Both the position numbers and the translations under genes were made by a program. A DNA stretch of 58,805 nucleotides from Octopus bimaculoides (taxonomy: Eukaryota): the NCBI RefSeq assembly GCF_001194135.2, contig NC_068981.1, positions 56,404,748-56,463,552 of the forward strand, read 5' to 3'. Shown piece by piece: positions 24,830 through 39,344 of this stretch (its first letter is position 1; every line of letters starts with the position of its first letter). A model generated the notes under the pieces. It was not told the DNA's origin. It did not search any database and saw only the letters and a list, made by a program, of their open reading frames with translations.

Positions 24830-25930
24830 GGGGACATCTGTTAATGATATAAAACGTACCTCTAGAAGTGTATTTCATCTCAAGTTTTCTACACATCGTT
24901 GAATCTTCTGGACACTGTTGGAGCTCCGCTCTAGTTAGACTATTAGGACCTTACCAAAGCTTATATAATAAGCAATTAACTAGCAACCAATACAGTATTT
25001 ACTGACTTTGTGTCCTCTGCTTGTTCTATTCAAGAGAATATCAGAGTATGAAAGACGGAACATTTTGATTCTATTGTTTTGTTTCCATAACTTGTTTATT
25101 CTTTATTTTCGAAGATGACAAAGATTTCACATCTTGAATACTTTTTATGAAAAGAAGGGAACTGATTTTCAGGCAGTATAAGTCACTTGAATACTTATGC
25201 GGTCTTAATGTAATTCAAAAAAGTAGTGGCTAAATAAACTCTCAGAATATATGCCCATAATATTCAAATTTTTATCTATATTCTTTCATAAGTTGTTTGT
25301 TTCTCAGTTATGTACTCAATCGTATAAAACTCCGAATGAATGATGATGCATAAAATTACGTGAATCACCAAATGTTTAATTCTGGTGGCACATCTGATAT
25401 TTTAAATTTCAGCACCCACCTCCCAAGGGAAGGAAAAGATCCTGATGTTTGCACTGGACCATCGAGTGTTTTGGGCCCAGTGAGGAAGCTCACTTCTACA
25501 GAACCATATTGTCTCCCTCGTGTGAAGAAATCAATATCAGTCCAATTACCTTTCAAGCACTTTTCTACCTGGATGTGTGACGCATTGAAGATTTCCCTCG
25601 ACACACATTTGTATACGATGGCCCTTCTGGCTGTCTTCTCCCTCAAATCTGAAGGAATTGCCAGCTTGGTCTTCCTATCCCTTCTATTGAGGAGTTTTTC
25701 TGCTTCACTCAGGTACGTATGTTTTCCATCGAGGGAGTTTTGCTCCGGCAATTTTGTTACTACTGCAAAGGAGTTGTTTTTATCATTACTGTTATTGTTG
25801 GTGTTAATTATATCGTTTCTGCTGCTGGTGTTGTTCCTGCCGTTGTTGGTGTTAGTCGGAGCCAGAGCGACGCTATTGCTTGTGGTGATGTTCATATCGT
25901 TGGCCGAAGTAGCCAAGCTACTTGCCAACG
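24830..25930 (-). pseudogene. Gag/ORF1-like remnant (possibly L1/Tx1-type ORF1)
   Basis: 187-codon open segment (N-rich N-terminus, then ...GRWVLKFKISDVPPELNIW) resembling the RRM-like part of LINE ORF1, followed by disrupted sequence; family assignment is inference. Confidence 0.4.
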
Positions 25931-26227
25931 AGGAGAAATCATTTATATCGTACCTGTACTGTTATTTGTCTCTCCCATCAAAGCTTTACTGTTGTTGCTG
26001 CTGCTGTTGCTGTTGTTGCTGCTACAGTTGTTTTTGTTGTCCGTAGTGGTAGTGGCAGAGGTGATGATGGCGGCGGTGACGGAGCTGCTGTTGTTGTTTG
26101 TGATTGGGATGGTCATCTTGTTTTGCCNNNNNNNNNNNNNNNNNNNNNNNNNNNNNNNNNNNNNNNNNNNNNNNNNNNNNNNNNNNNNNNNNNNNNNNNN
26201 NNNNNNNNNNNNNNNNNNNNNNNNNNN

Positions 26228-26750
26228 ATATATATATATATATATATATACCAGAAATATACACTATATACGTATACACATACACACATATATATATACA
26301 TAAATATATATATATGTATATATTTAGTTATATATATATATATATGTATGTATGTATTTTTATAGATACACACACAATCACACACACACACAAATGTGTG
26401 TGTATAAGCGTGTGTGTGAGAGAGAGAGAGAGTGTGTGTATGTGTGTGTGTCGGTGTAGTTATTAATTGCATACACATACATCCATACAGTAGTGTAACT
26501 TCGCACACACTCCACCCTTATAGATATTCTTGTATGCGTAGAGATATTGCAGCTTTTCTCTGTGTACCTGAGTATCAATTCAGTCATACACACGCACATA
26601 CATACGTACATACATACATACACATACATACATTCACACATGCACACATATACATACATACATATATATATATATACATATATATACATACATACAAATA
26701 AATGAATATAATAGTTATTGAATTATTATATGTGTTATTGAGGATGGGTG

Positions 26751-26786
<36 letters not shown>

Positions 26787-27575
26787 CTATCTCATTCTCT
26801 CTCTCTCTCTCTATATATNNNNNNNNNNNNNNNNNNNNNNNNNNNNNNNNNNNNNNNNNNNNNNNNNNNNNNNNNNNNNNNNNNNNNNNNNNNNNNNNNN
26901 NNNNNNNNNNNNNNNNNNNNNNNNNNNNNNNNNNNNNNNNNNNNNNNNNNNNNNNNNNNNNNNNNNNNNNNNNNNNNNNNNNNNNNNNNNNNNNNNNNNN
27001 NNNNNNNNNNNNNNNNNNNNNNNNNNNNNNNNNNNNNNNNNNNNNNNNNNNNNNNNNNNNNNNNNNNNNNNNNNNNNNNNNNNNNNNNNNNNNNNNNNNN
27101 NNNNNNNNNNNNNNNNNNNNNNNNNNNNNNNNNNNNNNNNNNNNNNNNNNNNNNNNNNNNNNNNNNNNNNNNNNNNNNNNNNNNNNNNNNNNNNNNNNNN
27201 NNNNNNNNNNNNNNNNNNNNNNNNNNNNNNNNNNNNNNNNNNNNNNNNNNNNNNNNNNNNNNNNNNNNNNNNNNNNNNNNNNNNNNNNNNNNNNNNNNNN
27301 NNNNNNNNNNNNNNNNNNNNNNNNNNNNNNNNNNNNNNNNNNNNNNNNNNNNNNNNNNNNNNNNNNNNNNNNNNNNNNNNNNNNNNNNNNNNNNNNNNNN
27401 NNNNNNNNNNNNNNNNNNNNNNNNNNNNNNNNNNNNNNNNNNNNNNNNNNNNNNNNNNNNNNNNNNNNNNNNNNNNNNNCCTATATATAAAGATATTTGT
27501 GTGTATGTATATATGTATATATACATATATATATATTTATGTTTATATGGATCTACCAACATACCCATCTACCTG

Positions 27576-27628
<53 letters not shown>

Positions 27629-28361
27629 TAATCTATCTATCTATCTAGCTAGATAGATAGAGAGATAAATGTCTACATACATACATACATACATACATAA
27701 TTACGCACACATGGACACCTACTGCATATACATACATATATATAGTAAGCGACAGATAGAGAAAGCTATACACAAGAAAAGCCCACATACATACACACAT
27801 ATACACACCCTTCCCATATACACAAATTATACAACATTGTCGATTGCTTAATTATATACCAGTATTCTCTCGGTTCCCTTTACTTCTTTGCTCTGTGAGC
27901 GCGTGTATGTATGCATACGTTTGTGCTATAGTATGTATGCGTGTGTGTGTATGTGCGTTTGTTTGTTTGTTTGCTTATAAATCCCTAGTTCGCTTATGTG
28001 AATGAGGGGTAAATAAAATAGCTATCTATTTACATAATTAGCATTTATGTACGTGCGTTTATCATCGTACAGTAAACATGGAAACACGCATACGCGTACG
28101 CACAGAAACATGCATATAACAAGCCAACAACAAACACACGCGGTAGGACCGACATTCATTCATGCATATCTGCGTGTCGACATGCAGAACAGCTTGTACG
28201 CAAACTTAATCAACCATATTAATATACACACAAGTGTTTTAACGTTACGTTACACATGTAAATGTGTAGCTTTATAATCTCTGTACAAATATCTTATATA
28301 TTACAATACACGAGAGTATGGTATGCGCACACACACGCACACATACACACACACACATACA

Positions 28362-28402
<41 letters not shown>

Positions 28403-28447
28403 GTAATAAATATTGATAACTATGCGCACATATAATCTCAGTATATT

Positions 28448-28489
<42 letters not shown>

Positions 28490-28678
28490 AATATATATTT
28501 GTTTTTAGTTAAATGTTATGTAATACGAATGTATATCTGTGCGTGTTGAAATTACTTCATATCACTGATTAATGACGCTATATGCAAATATTATCACTTA
28601 TGCATATATCAGTACATATATATAAATATTTATGTAAATACATATACATATATACGCATATACATACACATACATACA

Positions 28679-28745
<67 letters not shown>
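26228..28745. repeat. Microsatellite-rich tract (TA, CA, TACA, TCTA) with N gap
   Basis: Visible tandem units; source of many spurious ORFs. Confidence 0.9.
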
Positions 28746-28748
<3 letters not shown>

Positions 28749-28809
28749 TAAATAGTGTGTGATTATGCGTTTGTTTTCTAGGTTATATATAATACACAGG
28801 GATTACCAC

Positions 28810-29980
28810 CGATGGAGCCTCGTTTTGGTCGATCAGGCGACCATGCACGTCAGAGCGTTGAAAAATAATAGAATTGCTCTAAGCAGATTGTTGTGTGTTA
28901 TGTATTATGCATTAAGTTGGAGATTCTCTTCAAAAATTCCCTTGGGAGAATTCGGCATGTATTTGTCACTTAGATCTGCTTCGTTTCTTGTAATTAAGAG
29001 AAGCGATGAGGAGTTTCTTCACCAAATATTATTCCCACATAAATGGCCGTGCCATATCTAGCACTTCATATAAAACGCGTATAGCCTCAAATTTTTAATT
29101 TCATATTTGTTTTGAAATTACTGCAATGTTTTGCGCGTGCCTATAATGGAACGAGTTGTTGTGTTGGTGCAGGCAACGCTTGAAGAATTGTTCTATTAAT
29201 TTTGTTGATCATCCCGCGGAATATGTGTCTAATCGGGCAATGTTTTTCGCTTAAACGGAGGAAAACATTTTAATACTGTCTTTTTTCTTTTTTTGCAATA
29301 ATGTTGCATGGTGGGTTATACCATATAACCTTCCTTTGCTTAGTAATGTAGAGCCACTGCTGGATGATGTTGGCTAAATATTCTATTCTTTATTATTCTG
29401 AGCTATGGTATAGTCTCTCGGAATCATACTCTACAACCCTATTGAAGGTGGCTTTCGTAGCCCTGGAAAAGAATTCTAATGCCTTTATCTTGTTGTGCAT
29501 ATTTTCATTTACGTGTAGTGAAAGTTTGGTGGGTGGTACGAAATGTTGTGTATATACAATGGGACCGCCGATTAGTGTCTTGAATGATTCGTATGAGTTC
29601 GAGTTTCGTTTAAGTGTGACATACATAGTTATAAGTCTCTGTTTAATCGCCACCTTCATGCTGGCTCTTTTAGCTATTCGTTTCCTTATGGATAAACCCT
29701 TCAAGGAGCCGAACCGTATATTATATACAGCTACATTCGTTGCGTCCACTCACAAATCATGTATTATACTCTGACAAAGCAACTTTCAGAGAGCTACTGA
29801 GAACTATTGCGAGGTACCATCAACAAGGTTTCGAAAGATGCCTAAAGCCGATTTCAACGAGGAATATAACACTCACCAGCGCCAGATGTCGACTGCTCCA
29901 AAAACATTAAGAAGAGATGTTATACGGTACAACCTTCCATGCATCAACACATAACACGCCATACAATATCAATGCTGTGC
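28810..29980 (-). mobile_element. Penelope-like element fragment (RT thumb + GIY-YIG remnants)
   Basis: YVTLKRNSNSYESFK..PIVY..PPT (LDVTLNLxxxxYxPYxKPN..HPP-like), RKVIWYNPP motif, FKRCLHQHNNSF (FKxRxxNHxxSF-like). Confidence 0.8.
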
Positions 29981-30356
29981 AGTGACAGATTGTTAGCTAG
30001 CTTGATATGTAGATATAGATAGACAGGTATAGATGGCTAAATAGATGCAGGTGCATAAAGAGATGGAGAGACAGAATGGAGGAAAGAGAGAGGGTAATCT
30101 GAGGGCTTCATTTTCTAGTTGGTAGCATCACTCTATCGAATGTTTATTTGTCTGTGTTTTTTTTTGCTGTATTACTACACAATTAAACAATTATGATGTT
30201 TACACTATTGGTTACGAGTGAATACACACATATGTAGACATTGTGTACAACAATCAATATATATTATATATATATAAATATATAAACATATACATATATA
30301 TATACATATATGTGTATACATGTATATATATGCATCTATGTATATATGTATATACG

Positions 30357-30400
<44 letters not shown>

Positions 30401-30563
30401 TGTGTCTGTGTCTGTGTCTGTGTGTGTGTGAGTATACATTGTATTCATGCACACATTGATATGTGTATATGTATGCGAAGATGGGTGTAGAAAATACAAA
30501 ATATATGTGTATGTACATATTTACATACATATGCACACATAACATAATACATAGTATATATAC

Positions 30564-30619
<56 letters not shown>

Positions 30620-30621
<2 letters not shown>

Positions 30622-30905
30622 TAATAGATTAACTGTTATCCCAGTAGTTGTATGGGCACTTGCAGCACTAACAACCAGGTTCGAGAAATATGCATATGCC
30701 GAAAAAACTGGCAGGACCGGCCTAAAATCAGCTCTGTTGGGGACAGCTAGGATTTTGTGATTGGTACTTGGTTGAGTGTCTTTCCACAATAAGTTATCAT
30801 CCAATTACCTAAGCTTATAATTTGCAGAAAGAGACCAATGACAACAGGCTGCCGTCCGCCGTCACGGCATCAAGGAAAGCAAGTAAGACCGAAAGTTCCT
30901 GGAAG
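30620..30905 (+). mobile_element. R4/Dong-type 3' end between two (TAA)n tracts
   Basis: IPVVVWALAALTTRFEKY...KSALLGTARIL; (TAA)n at ~30570-30620 and ~30908-30945. Confidence 0.75.
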
Positions 30906-30908
30906 TAA

Positions 30909-30948
<40 letters not shown>

Positions 30949-31369
30949 CAGTACCAGGCAGGGATCTTTTCTGCTTGGTTGCCAGCGGCTGCCAGCGTCA
31001 ATTTTCTGTTCGAATTGATTTTATATTCAGTGTAATGATACACTTTTATAGGCTAATTAATGAGGTGAAAGTAATTTTCGCTATAAATCAATCAATAAAG
31101 AATTATCTATATCTATATAAAAGAGAGTTGTATGCGTGTGCATTCCAAAAACCGAGTTGCTGATTTTGACGTATGCGGTATCAAAAGATTCAGTAAGATT
31201 TTGGCTACCAACTAAATTATATTTTCATTCACTTATTTGCATTACAAAAATTTAACATTATCATGTTTCTTTTAATCACCTATTACAGACATATATTACC
31301 AACACCACCACAACGACGATGACGTCACATATTCTATATGTGTGTCTTATTGTTAAAGCGAACTTAACA

Positions 31370-32140
31370 GAACAAGGTATGGATATAAAATTGGTGACAA
31401 GAAAATAAGTCATCTATTTTATATAGATAACTTAAAACTCTATGGCAAAGACAATAATGAGTTTGAAGGTCTACTACATACTGTGAAAACATTCAGAGAT
31501 GACATCGAGATGGAATTTGGTCTTGATAAATGTGCAAAGGCCACTTTCCACAAAGGGAAATTGAAGACCTCACATTCATTGTTGTTGGATGTTGACATAG
31601 TCATAAAAGAACTCGAGCAAGAACAAACTTACAAATATCTCGGAATGAATGAAGGCTCTGGTAGTCATGTTACAAGCATGAAAGACAATATCAGGAAGGA
31701 ATGTTACAGGAGAGTTCGAGCAGTCATAAAATGCGAGTTAAATGTACGTAACAAGGTGTTAGTTATATATTCCTTAGCAGATCCGGTTGTTATTTACAGT
31801 TTCAATGTGTTGAACTGGAGTATAAGTAAAATAAGGAAGATTGTCTGGAAAATTGGTAAGCTGCTGACATTGCTGATTGCAATGAGATGCACCACCCAAA
31901 GGCAGACGCAGTTCGTCTTTACCTGTCCAGGGCTCAATGAGGTCGAGGCTTGATCCAGTTTGAAATCTGCTACAAAGCCACCACAAATGGACTGGCAAAA
32001 TATCTTGAAACATCTAAAAACTGGATGCTAAAGCGTGTTGAAAGCCATGAAAAACGCAAGAAGCTTCATTCTCTTGTGAAGGAGAGCAAAAAAAATTCAA
32101 GTGAGTTTATGCATAATACCCAGGTTGAACAGTGTGACTG
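31370..32140 (+). mobile_element. R4/Dong-type RT fragment
   Basis: GYKIGDKKISHLFYIDNLKLY, FRDDIEMEFGLDKCAK, TYKYLGMNE. Confidence 0.9.
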
Positions 32141-32254
32141 AAGTGCGGTAACTATAGTTTATACAAAGACAAAACAATGTACATGATAACATTTCCAATC
32201 AGTTAAGATCAGAAGGCATGAAAGCCACTGTCTCATTATTAAAGATATGTTGAG

Positions 32255-32460
32255 GGACGGATTGGCAGAGTCGCTATCATTAAAGCAACAGCAATAATGT
32301 CGTGATATTTTGTTTTGTTTCCGTTATGAGTTCAATTCCTGCTGTCTTTTACCCTTCCGGGGTTGATAAAATTAAGCACTACTCAAGTACCAGGGGCAAT
32401 AAAATGTATTGTTTTCTTCTTTACAAATTTCTAGTCTTGTGCCTATATAAGAAACATTTA
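32255..32460 (+). mobile_element. Degraded SINE (family A)
   Basis: 'gagttcaattcc...cccttccggggttgataaaattaag' core and tail. Confidence 0.6.
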
Positions 32461-32494
32461 TTAACCTCATGTGATGTATCGGTGCTCTTTCATT

Positions 32495-32532
<38 letters not shown>

Positions 32533-33166
32533 TTCATACGCACACACAGAGGCACATACCAGTGTATATGAGCAAATATACTTTTCGTTCCATAATATAT
32601 ATGCCTGTCTCTCTTTTAGTCTCTCCCATTCTCTCTATCTATCTATGTATTTATGTATGTATTCGTTGTGTGTGTGTATATGTGTGTACGTGTGTGCAAG
32701 TGTACGTGTGTTTGTGTGTCCAAATTGTATGCATGTATATTCGTATGTTTTATGTATCATTTAAATAGCCGTCTTTTATAGATCGTTAAACACAAAACTT
32801 TCTCTGTGCTTTCCACACATAAAATGCATCTATGCTGTTTAAGAATGATGTAAGCAATAATTTCCCACACGGCATATCAACCACGTTAGTTACAGCTGGG
32901 TCCTCGTTAGTAAGTATATCATCTTGACATACAAACCAATTTAGATTTTGATGTATCCGACAACTATAGCATTGCTCTTAAGTTCTGGCTTTTGGTTTCT
33001 ATGAAAATCAAATATTGCTGACAAGTTGATTATACAGCTCCAACTTCGTTTCATAAAACTAGTCTCTTTCTCATTGTGCTTCTCTTTCTTTTTCCTTCAC
33101 TCTTTCTCTCTTCACTCTGTGTCCAGTGTTTCGTCATCTGTCCACATTCTGTTTCTTTTGTAAACA

Positions 33167-33220
<54 letters not shown>

Positions 33221-33564
33221 NNNNNNNNNNNNNNNNNNNNNNNNNNNNNNNNNNNNNNNNNNNNNNNNNNNNNNNNNNNNNNNNNNNNNNNNNNNNNNNN
33301 NNNNNNNNNNNNNNNNNNNNNNNNNNNNNNNNNNNNNNNNNNNNNNNNNNNNNNNNNNNNNNNNNNNNNNNNNNNNNNNNNNNNNNNNNNNNNNNNNNNN
33401 NNNNNNNNNNNNNNNNNNNNNNNNNNNNNNNNNNNNNNNNNNNNNNNNNNNNNNNNNNNNNNNNNNNNNNNNNNNNNNNNNNNNNNNNNNNNNNNNNNNN
33501 NNNNNNNNNNNNNNNNNNNNNNNNNNNNNNNNNNNNNNNNNNNNNNNNNNNNNNNNNNNNNNNN

Positions 33565-33606
<42 letters not shown>

Positions 33607-33614
33607 GCAGCAGC

Positions 33615-33703
<89 letters not shown>

Positions 33704-33710
33704 TAACAAT
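33565..33710. repeat. (AAC)n(AAT)n trinucleotide tract
   Basis: Visible tandem units. Confidence 0.95.
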
Positions 33711-33714
33711 AACA

Positions 33715-34884
33715 AAATCTCGCGTGCAATCGCAGTAGTTCGGTGTGGCGCTGGAATCCTGAAGTGGACAGAGGATGATCTAAAGGAGATAGACAGGAAG
33801 TCAAGAAAACTTCTAACGATGCATGGTGCCAATCATCCACGTTTGGGCACAGATCGCCTACACCTGACGAGAGCAAATGGAGGAAGAGGACTGATAAGTG
33901 TGAAAGACTGCGTGCGTATCGAACTCGTGAGCTTAATGAGATGTCTAGCTCAAAGTAAGGAAACCTTGCTAGTGATAGTTATGAACGAGGGAGTATTGAA
34001 AGTATGAAAAAAAGCAAAACAAAGGAAGAAGTACAAAAAAGACATGAAGAATTACGCAATAAGGGATTACACAATCAATTCCATTTACCCACAACAGAAG
34101 TTGCTGGAAAAATAGGTGGGATTGGCTGATGAAAGGAATCCTAAAAGAAGAGACCGAAAGCACCATACTAGTAGCGCAAGACCGAGCTTTGGCCACGAAC
34201 TGGAGGGTCAACCTTAGGAATGAGCAAGTGTTTCCGCTATGTCATATCTGCAATAGAGTGGATGAAACCATTGCCCATATCACAAACGAATGCCCTAGGC
34301 TTGCCCCAAACCACGACAAGTTGTGGTGACACGACCAGGTAGCGAAAGTGCTACAGTGGAAACTGTGCGAAAAGTTGGGGCTAGAGAGAGCAAGATGTGG
34401 TATGAGAACAAACCGCAGAGAGTGGCAGAGTAGGAGACTAGTAAAATCAGATCAGGTGCTAGAGCATAACAGACCAGACCTAAGTGGTGGTGGACAAGGT
34501 GCACCACATATGCTATATAGTTGATGTTGCATGTCCCTTTGACCCACGAATAGTCAAGAAGGAAGACGAAAAGATAGATAGATACAATCATCTTAAGTAT
34601 GAAATAGCCCGGATATGGGAAATGAAGAAGGTGAAGATAGTGCCAATTACGGTTGTGTCCTTGGGAACAGCATCAGAAGGCATCAAGGGGGATATAAAGG
34701 AAATTGGAATAGAGTGTCCAGTAGAACTGTTACAAAAGGTTTGCCTCCTTGGCATGGCCAGAATAATCAGAAAAATATTAGATAGCTTAAAAGAACGAAT
34801 AGCATGATACTGTAGGCTGCAGGTAGTAAGCCAGCTATGTATGTAAGACTTCAGGATCTCCAACAAAACCTGTGACAAAGAGAA

Positions 34885-34886
<2 letters not shown>
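33715..34886 (+). mobile_element. R4/Dong-type element, 5'-truncated, flanked by (AAT)n
   Basis: RLHLTRANGGRGLISVKDC, LKEETESTILVAQDRAL, CHICNRVDETIAHITNEC, IVDVACPFD, QKVCLLGMARIIRKIL; (TAA)n tail at 34887-34926. Confidence 0.92.
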
Positions 34887-34927
<41 letters not shown>

Positions 34928-35055
34928 GGAATGATAAAAAAGGCACTGAAACCTATTTGAAAATGATACCAGGCCTGCCATCCCCACATGAAGTGCAAAA
35001 AATCGTGTTAACTGGAACAACTCATATACTGCGAAGAGCATTATCGCGGTGAAAA
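34928..35055 (+). mobile_element. Very short R4/Dong-type 3' end
   Basis: GMIKKGTETYLKMIPGLPSPHEVQKIVLTGTTHILRRAL directly after the TAA tail of the previous copy. Confidence 0.75.
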
Positions 35056-38000
35056 CAACATCGATTCATGAATTTATTTCTTTATTTATTAATTTAAACA
35101 GTCTACCGTTTATTAGCAGCGGACCAGTCCACTTCTCGCCTAGAGCCGCCATAACACCTCTCCCTTTAAGATTATTTTTTTAGGGGCACATTTTTTTTTC
35201 ATTACTATTTTTTCTTCCACAAGAATTATTTTTCTTTCGAATAAGTTCCAGTCTTGCTATTTCTTCAAGTCGATGTTGTATTTCACTTACATACAAATCC
35301 TTCACACGAACTTATTATTTTTCTCTTAGATTTTTTCTTGTTCGACACAGAATTATGTTTATTATTTCTTCCCAGCATAAATATATATATTTTTTCATTT
35401 CTACGACTTTTCCCTTCGTTACACTTTTCTTGGCATAAACTGGATCGGTTATCGGCACTTTCATTATCTTTTAAAGTGTTTGCATTAGAATGATTCCTCA
35501 ATGAAGTATTAACAGATGACTCAGATTATCTAATTTCAGAATTTTCTACATCGTGTTCTTCACCAGTGACTTACATCGACATTTCGTCTGGAGTCTTTTC
35601 ATAGAGGACTTGTTTAGTATCCTCAATCACAAAATGGCTTGCGTTTTCTTTGTCCATTTTAACTTTCTTAGCAACTGGTTCGTTTTCAATTTCAACAGAT
35701 ATCTGCTTACGTTTGAAATCTTCTGGTATGATTTGCTTTAAATGTATCGTAAATTCTTTTCCATTTTTCTTTCTTCTAACCAGAATTACTTTTTTCTGCA
35801 CAGAATTATTATTTTTTGTTCCACACAGACCCATAGTTTTTTTTTCAAAATGCCCGCAGGTAGTACCAAGTATTACATTATTACTGGTAGCGCTACTACA
35901 TATAGCGACCTGATTTATAAATCCTTCGAACGGACTTATTATTAATACTGTTCTTTTGTTCCACACAGAACTTTTTCAAAATCTTTCTTCAAAAGAGTTT
36001 ATACATTTTTCACTGTGTGTTGTTCAAAAATTATTTTCACTGCGTGAACTACGAATCCTCGTCATCACTGATATCAGTAGGTCACATGTATATATATATA
36101 TATATATATATATCTATACATGTATATATATATATATANNNNNNNNNNNNNNNNNNNNNNNNNNNNNNNNNNNNNNNNNNNNNNNNNNNNNNNNNNNNNN
36201 NNNNNNNNNNNNNNNNNNNNNNNNNNNNNNNNNNNNNNNNNNNNNNNNNNNNNNNNNNNNNNNNNNNNNNNNNNNNNNNNNNNNNNNNNNNNNNNNNNNN
36301 NNNNNNNNNNNNNNNNNNNNNNNNNNNNNNNNNNNNNNNNNNNNNNNNNNNNNNNNNNNNNNNNNNNNNNNNNNNNNNNNNNNNNNNNNNNNNNNNNNNN
36401 NNNNNNNNNNNNNNNNNNNNNNNNNNNNNNNNNNNNNNNNNNNNNNNNNNNNNNNNNNNNNNNNNNNNNNNNNNNNNNNNNNNNNNNNNNNNNNNNNNNN
36501 NNNNNNNNNNNNNNNNNNNNNNNNNNNNNNNNNNNNNNNNNNNNNNNNNNNNNNNNNNNNNNNNNNNNNNNNNNNNNNNNNNNNNNNNNNNNNNNNNNNN
36601 NNNNNNNNNNNNNNNNNNNNNNNNNNNNNNNNNNNNNNNNNNNNNNNNNNNNNNNNNNNNNNNNNNNNNNNNNNNNNNNNNNNNNNNNNNNNNNNNNNNN
36701 NNNNNNNNNNNNNNNNNNNNNNNNNNNNNNNNNNNNNNNNNNNNNNNNNNNNNNNNNNNNNNNNNNNNNNNNNNNNNNNNNNNNNNNNNNNNNNNNNNNN
36801 NNNNNNNNNNNNNNNNNNNNNNNNNNNNNNNNNNNNNNNNNNNNNNNNNNNNNNNNNNNNNNNNNNNNNNNNNNNNNNNNNNNNNNNNNNNNNNNNNNNN
36901 NNNNNNNNNNNNNNNNNNNNNNNNNNNNNNNNNGTGTATGTGTGTGTGTGTGTGTGTATGTGTGTGTGTGTGTGTATGTATGTATGTGTGTGTATGTATG
37001 TATGTATGTATGTATATCAAACAAAGAATTACAGGCTTCTGCATAAATATAATCAACTCCAATAGCATTTCTTTACACCATTAAAATGTTGAAATATGTA
37101 TTGCTGTGTGTTTATAACTGATATGCTGCTACCTATCAGTAGGAATCTTCAATTTACTGACAGATGCCATCTATATTGATTGAGAATGTGAGTAAGGTAA
37201 CACAATGGATCTCCGCTTGTCTCAACTGTGCTATTGCTATTCCCAAGTGTTTATCAAGATATAATTACATGAATTTATTTATGCGCAAATATCTCCTGAT
37301 AATTGCCAGAAAGCAATAACTTTACGAGGTTGATGAGTTCAACACTGATGAAAACTACCGTGTCTATTTTAAGAATTGTGAGGAAGAACACAGGAAATAT
37401 TTTTTTAACTTATTTTCTTTTGTTGAAATTATTAATTTTGATATCTATTTGTTTTCTTCACTGTTTGTAAACTATGTCAACGGAACTCTCTTTGAGTGAA
37501 AATCTACTGTTAGTATCTTTAAAATGAAGTATTAACAATAAAAAGGTTAACAATAAAATAATGACACGTATTTTTTATGAGTAAAGAATGATTTCTAAAT
37601 ATAGAGTATCTAGTGTTTTTACAGGATGTTCCATTGTGAGGTTTTATCACTAACGTTTGTTCTGAACAAACAGTAAATATATTTATACATATTCATACAT
37701 ATAAGCATCTGTATTTGCTCAATCTATTTTTTAATGATGCAAATCATACTTGCCAAAAATTATTCATACCTCTGTATATGTAAACATCTGTCAATTGATC
37801 GGCAGACACGTTAATGTGTTGTATGATAATGAAGAGTAATAGATAGAAAGCAGTACATGGTTGTGCTTTGTACACAAAAACCACACTTTATTCCCCTACC
37901 TCCAAAAGCATGTAGATTAAATTTTGTGAGATGATTTCTTACTTTTTTACAAAAGAAATTATTATGTTTTTTTTTTAATTTGAGAATTGCCAAACACTAC

Positions 38001-38361
38001 TACGACATTTTCATTTTCTTTCTCCAAGAAATAGAAATTTTAATTCATTAAGAATATGTTACTCACGGTATTCGGTGCATTACTATTGTGGCTTACTTAA
38101 GTTAATACCCTCAATTCGTATTTCTTTTGTAATATACTGAAGACCCGAAGTTGAATGAACTTCGCGCGATAAACTGCGTGATGGCGAAGTGTTTAAGAGT
38201 GTTATGCAACTTATGATCACCATTTTCGAAGGCAGCTTTTTTTTTCTCATTATTATATACACTTATAAGAGTGTACCTTTGAGAACATTTTTCGAAAATA
38301 CGAAATTAGCAAGCGAAAGAACAAGGTTAAACTCACACACAAACACACACACGCACGCACG

Positions 38362-38428
<67 letters not shown>

Positions 38429-38969
38429 GCACACACACAAAGAACTTAAGTCAAAAGCAATTCAATTACAAAATTGTTCGAAAGCTCCATAAAATCAGAG
38501 TGAAAAACTAATACAAATTATTAATAAGGCAACGTTTCATAGGAAAATAGAAATTCTTCACCGAACAGAAGTATGAAAACATGCTAATAAATACAACGAT
38601 TTTTCTCGAAATAAACAACTAAAATAGACTAACATTGGCATAGTGTATTGTGGGAAATGTTTTTTAGGGCTATATAGTTCCTTCCCTCAACGTTATTTTT
38701 AAAGTTTCTTGCGTAAACATATTGCGTTAAACTATATTCATTTAATATTTATCCCCTGGAATTTAAATATAAATTACATTACCCGAAATATAGTCAGGTA
38801 TATTATTATTCGGTTTCTATTGTCTCTAAAAAAATACCGAGTGTTCCAAGTTATAAAATATTAGATAACTTTCTTAACTTCAGACCATGATGAAATCCTA
38901 CTAGTGATCCTGCATCATTGGCACGAAATTTTAAATAAGATTTTGAAAATAATATTGATAAAAGACTTA

Positions 38970-39269
38970 GTTGTGGGATTAAGAAGTTCACTTTGCAATT
39001 ATCTGGTTAAGAATTCTATCCTACTGCGGGGGTATATTGGCCAAGGTTCTTGCACCAAAGCTTTGAATTCACCAATACCATATGAATGAAATTTTTTGGA
39101 AGGAAACATGCAGTAGTCCGTCTATGTATGTATGTATGTATGTATGTATGTATGTATGTATGTATGTATGTGTGTATGTAGGTATACATGTATGTATGTA
39201 TGCATGGTGTATGTGCGGAGCTCCAGCATGGTGCCAGTCAAATGATTGAAACGAATAAAAGAACAAAAG

Positions 39270-39280
<11 letters not shown>
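38970..39280 (+). mobile_element. Degraded SINE (family B) with internal (TATG)n
   Basis: Decayed head, microsatellite, and tail 'gctccagcatgg..cagtcaaatgattgaaac..aaaagaac'. Confidence 0.6.
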
Positions 39281-39306
<26 letters not shown>

Positions 39307-39344
39307 TACTCAAAGAAATTCCAACTTTGATTTTCACGTTTTAT

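Noticed and set aside
25360-26046. 228-aa plus-strand ORF with poly-Leu/Cys
   Set aside because: Antisense shadow of the minus-strand remnant and trinucleotide repeats.
28811-28856. Hammerhead at the PLE 3' end (minus strand CUGACGU...GGUCG/CGACC-AAAAC)
   Set aside because: Both core segments are mutated and no stem I can be drawn.
37164-37187. 24-nt microexon candidate (cag|ATGCCATCT...GAGAAT|gtgagt)
   Set aside because: Weak pyrimidine tract and no supporting neighbouring exons; expected by chance.
38138-38180. CUGAAGA followed by a 7-bp hairpin (cgaagtt/aacttcg)
   Set aside because: No GAAA in register and no stem I or III.
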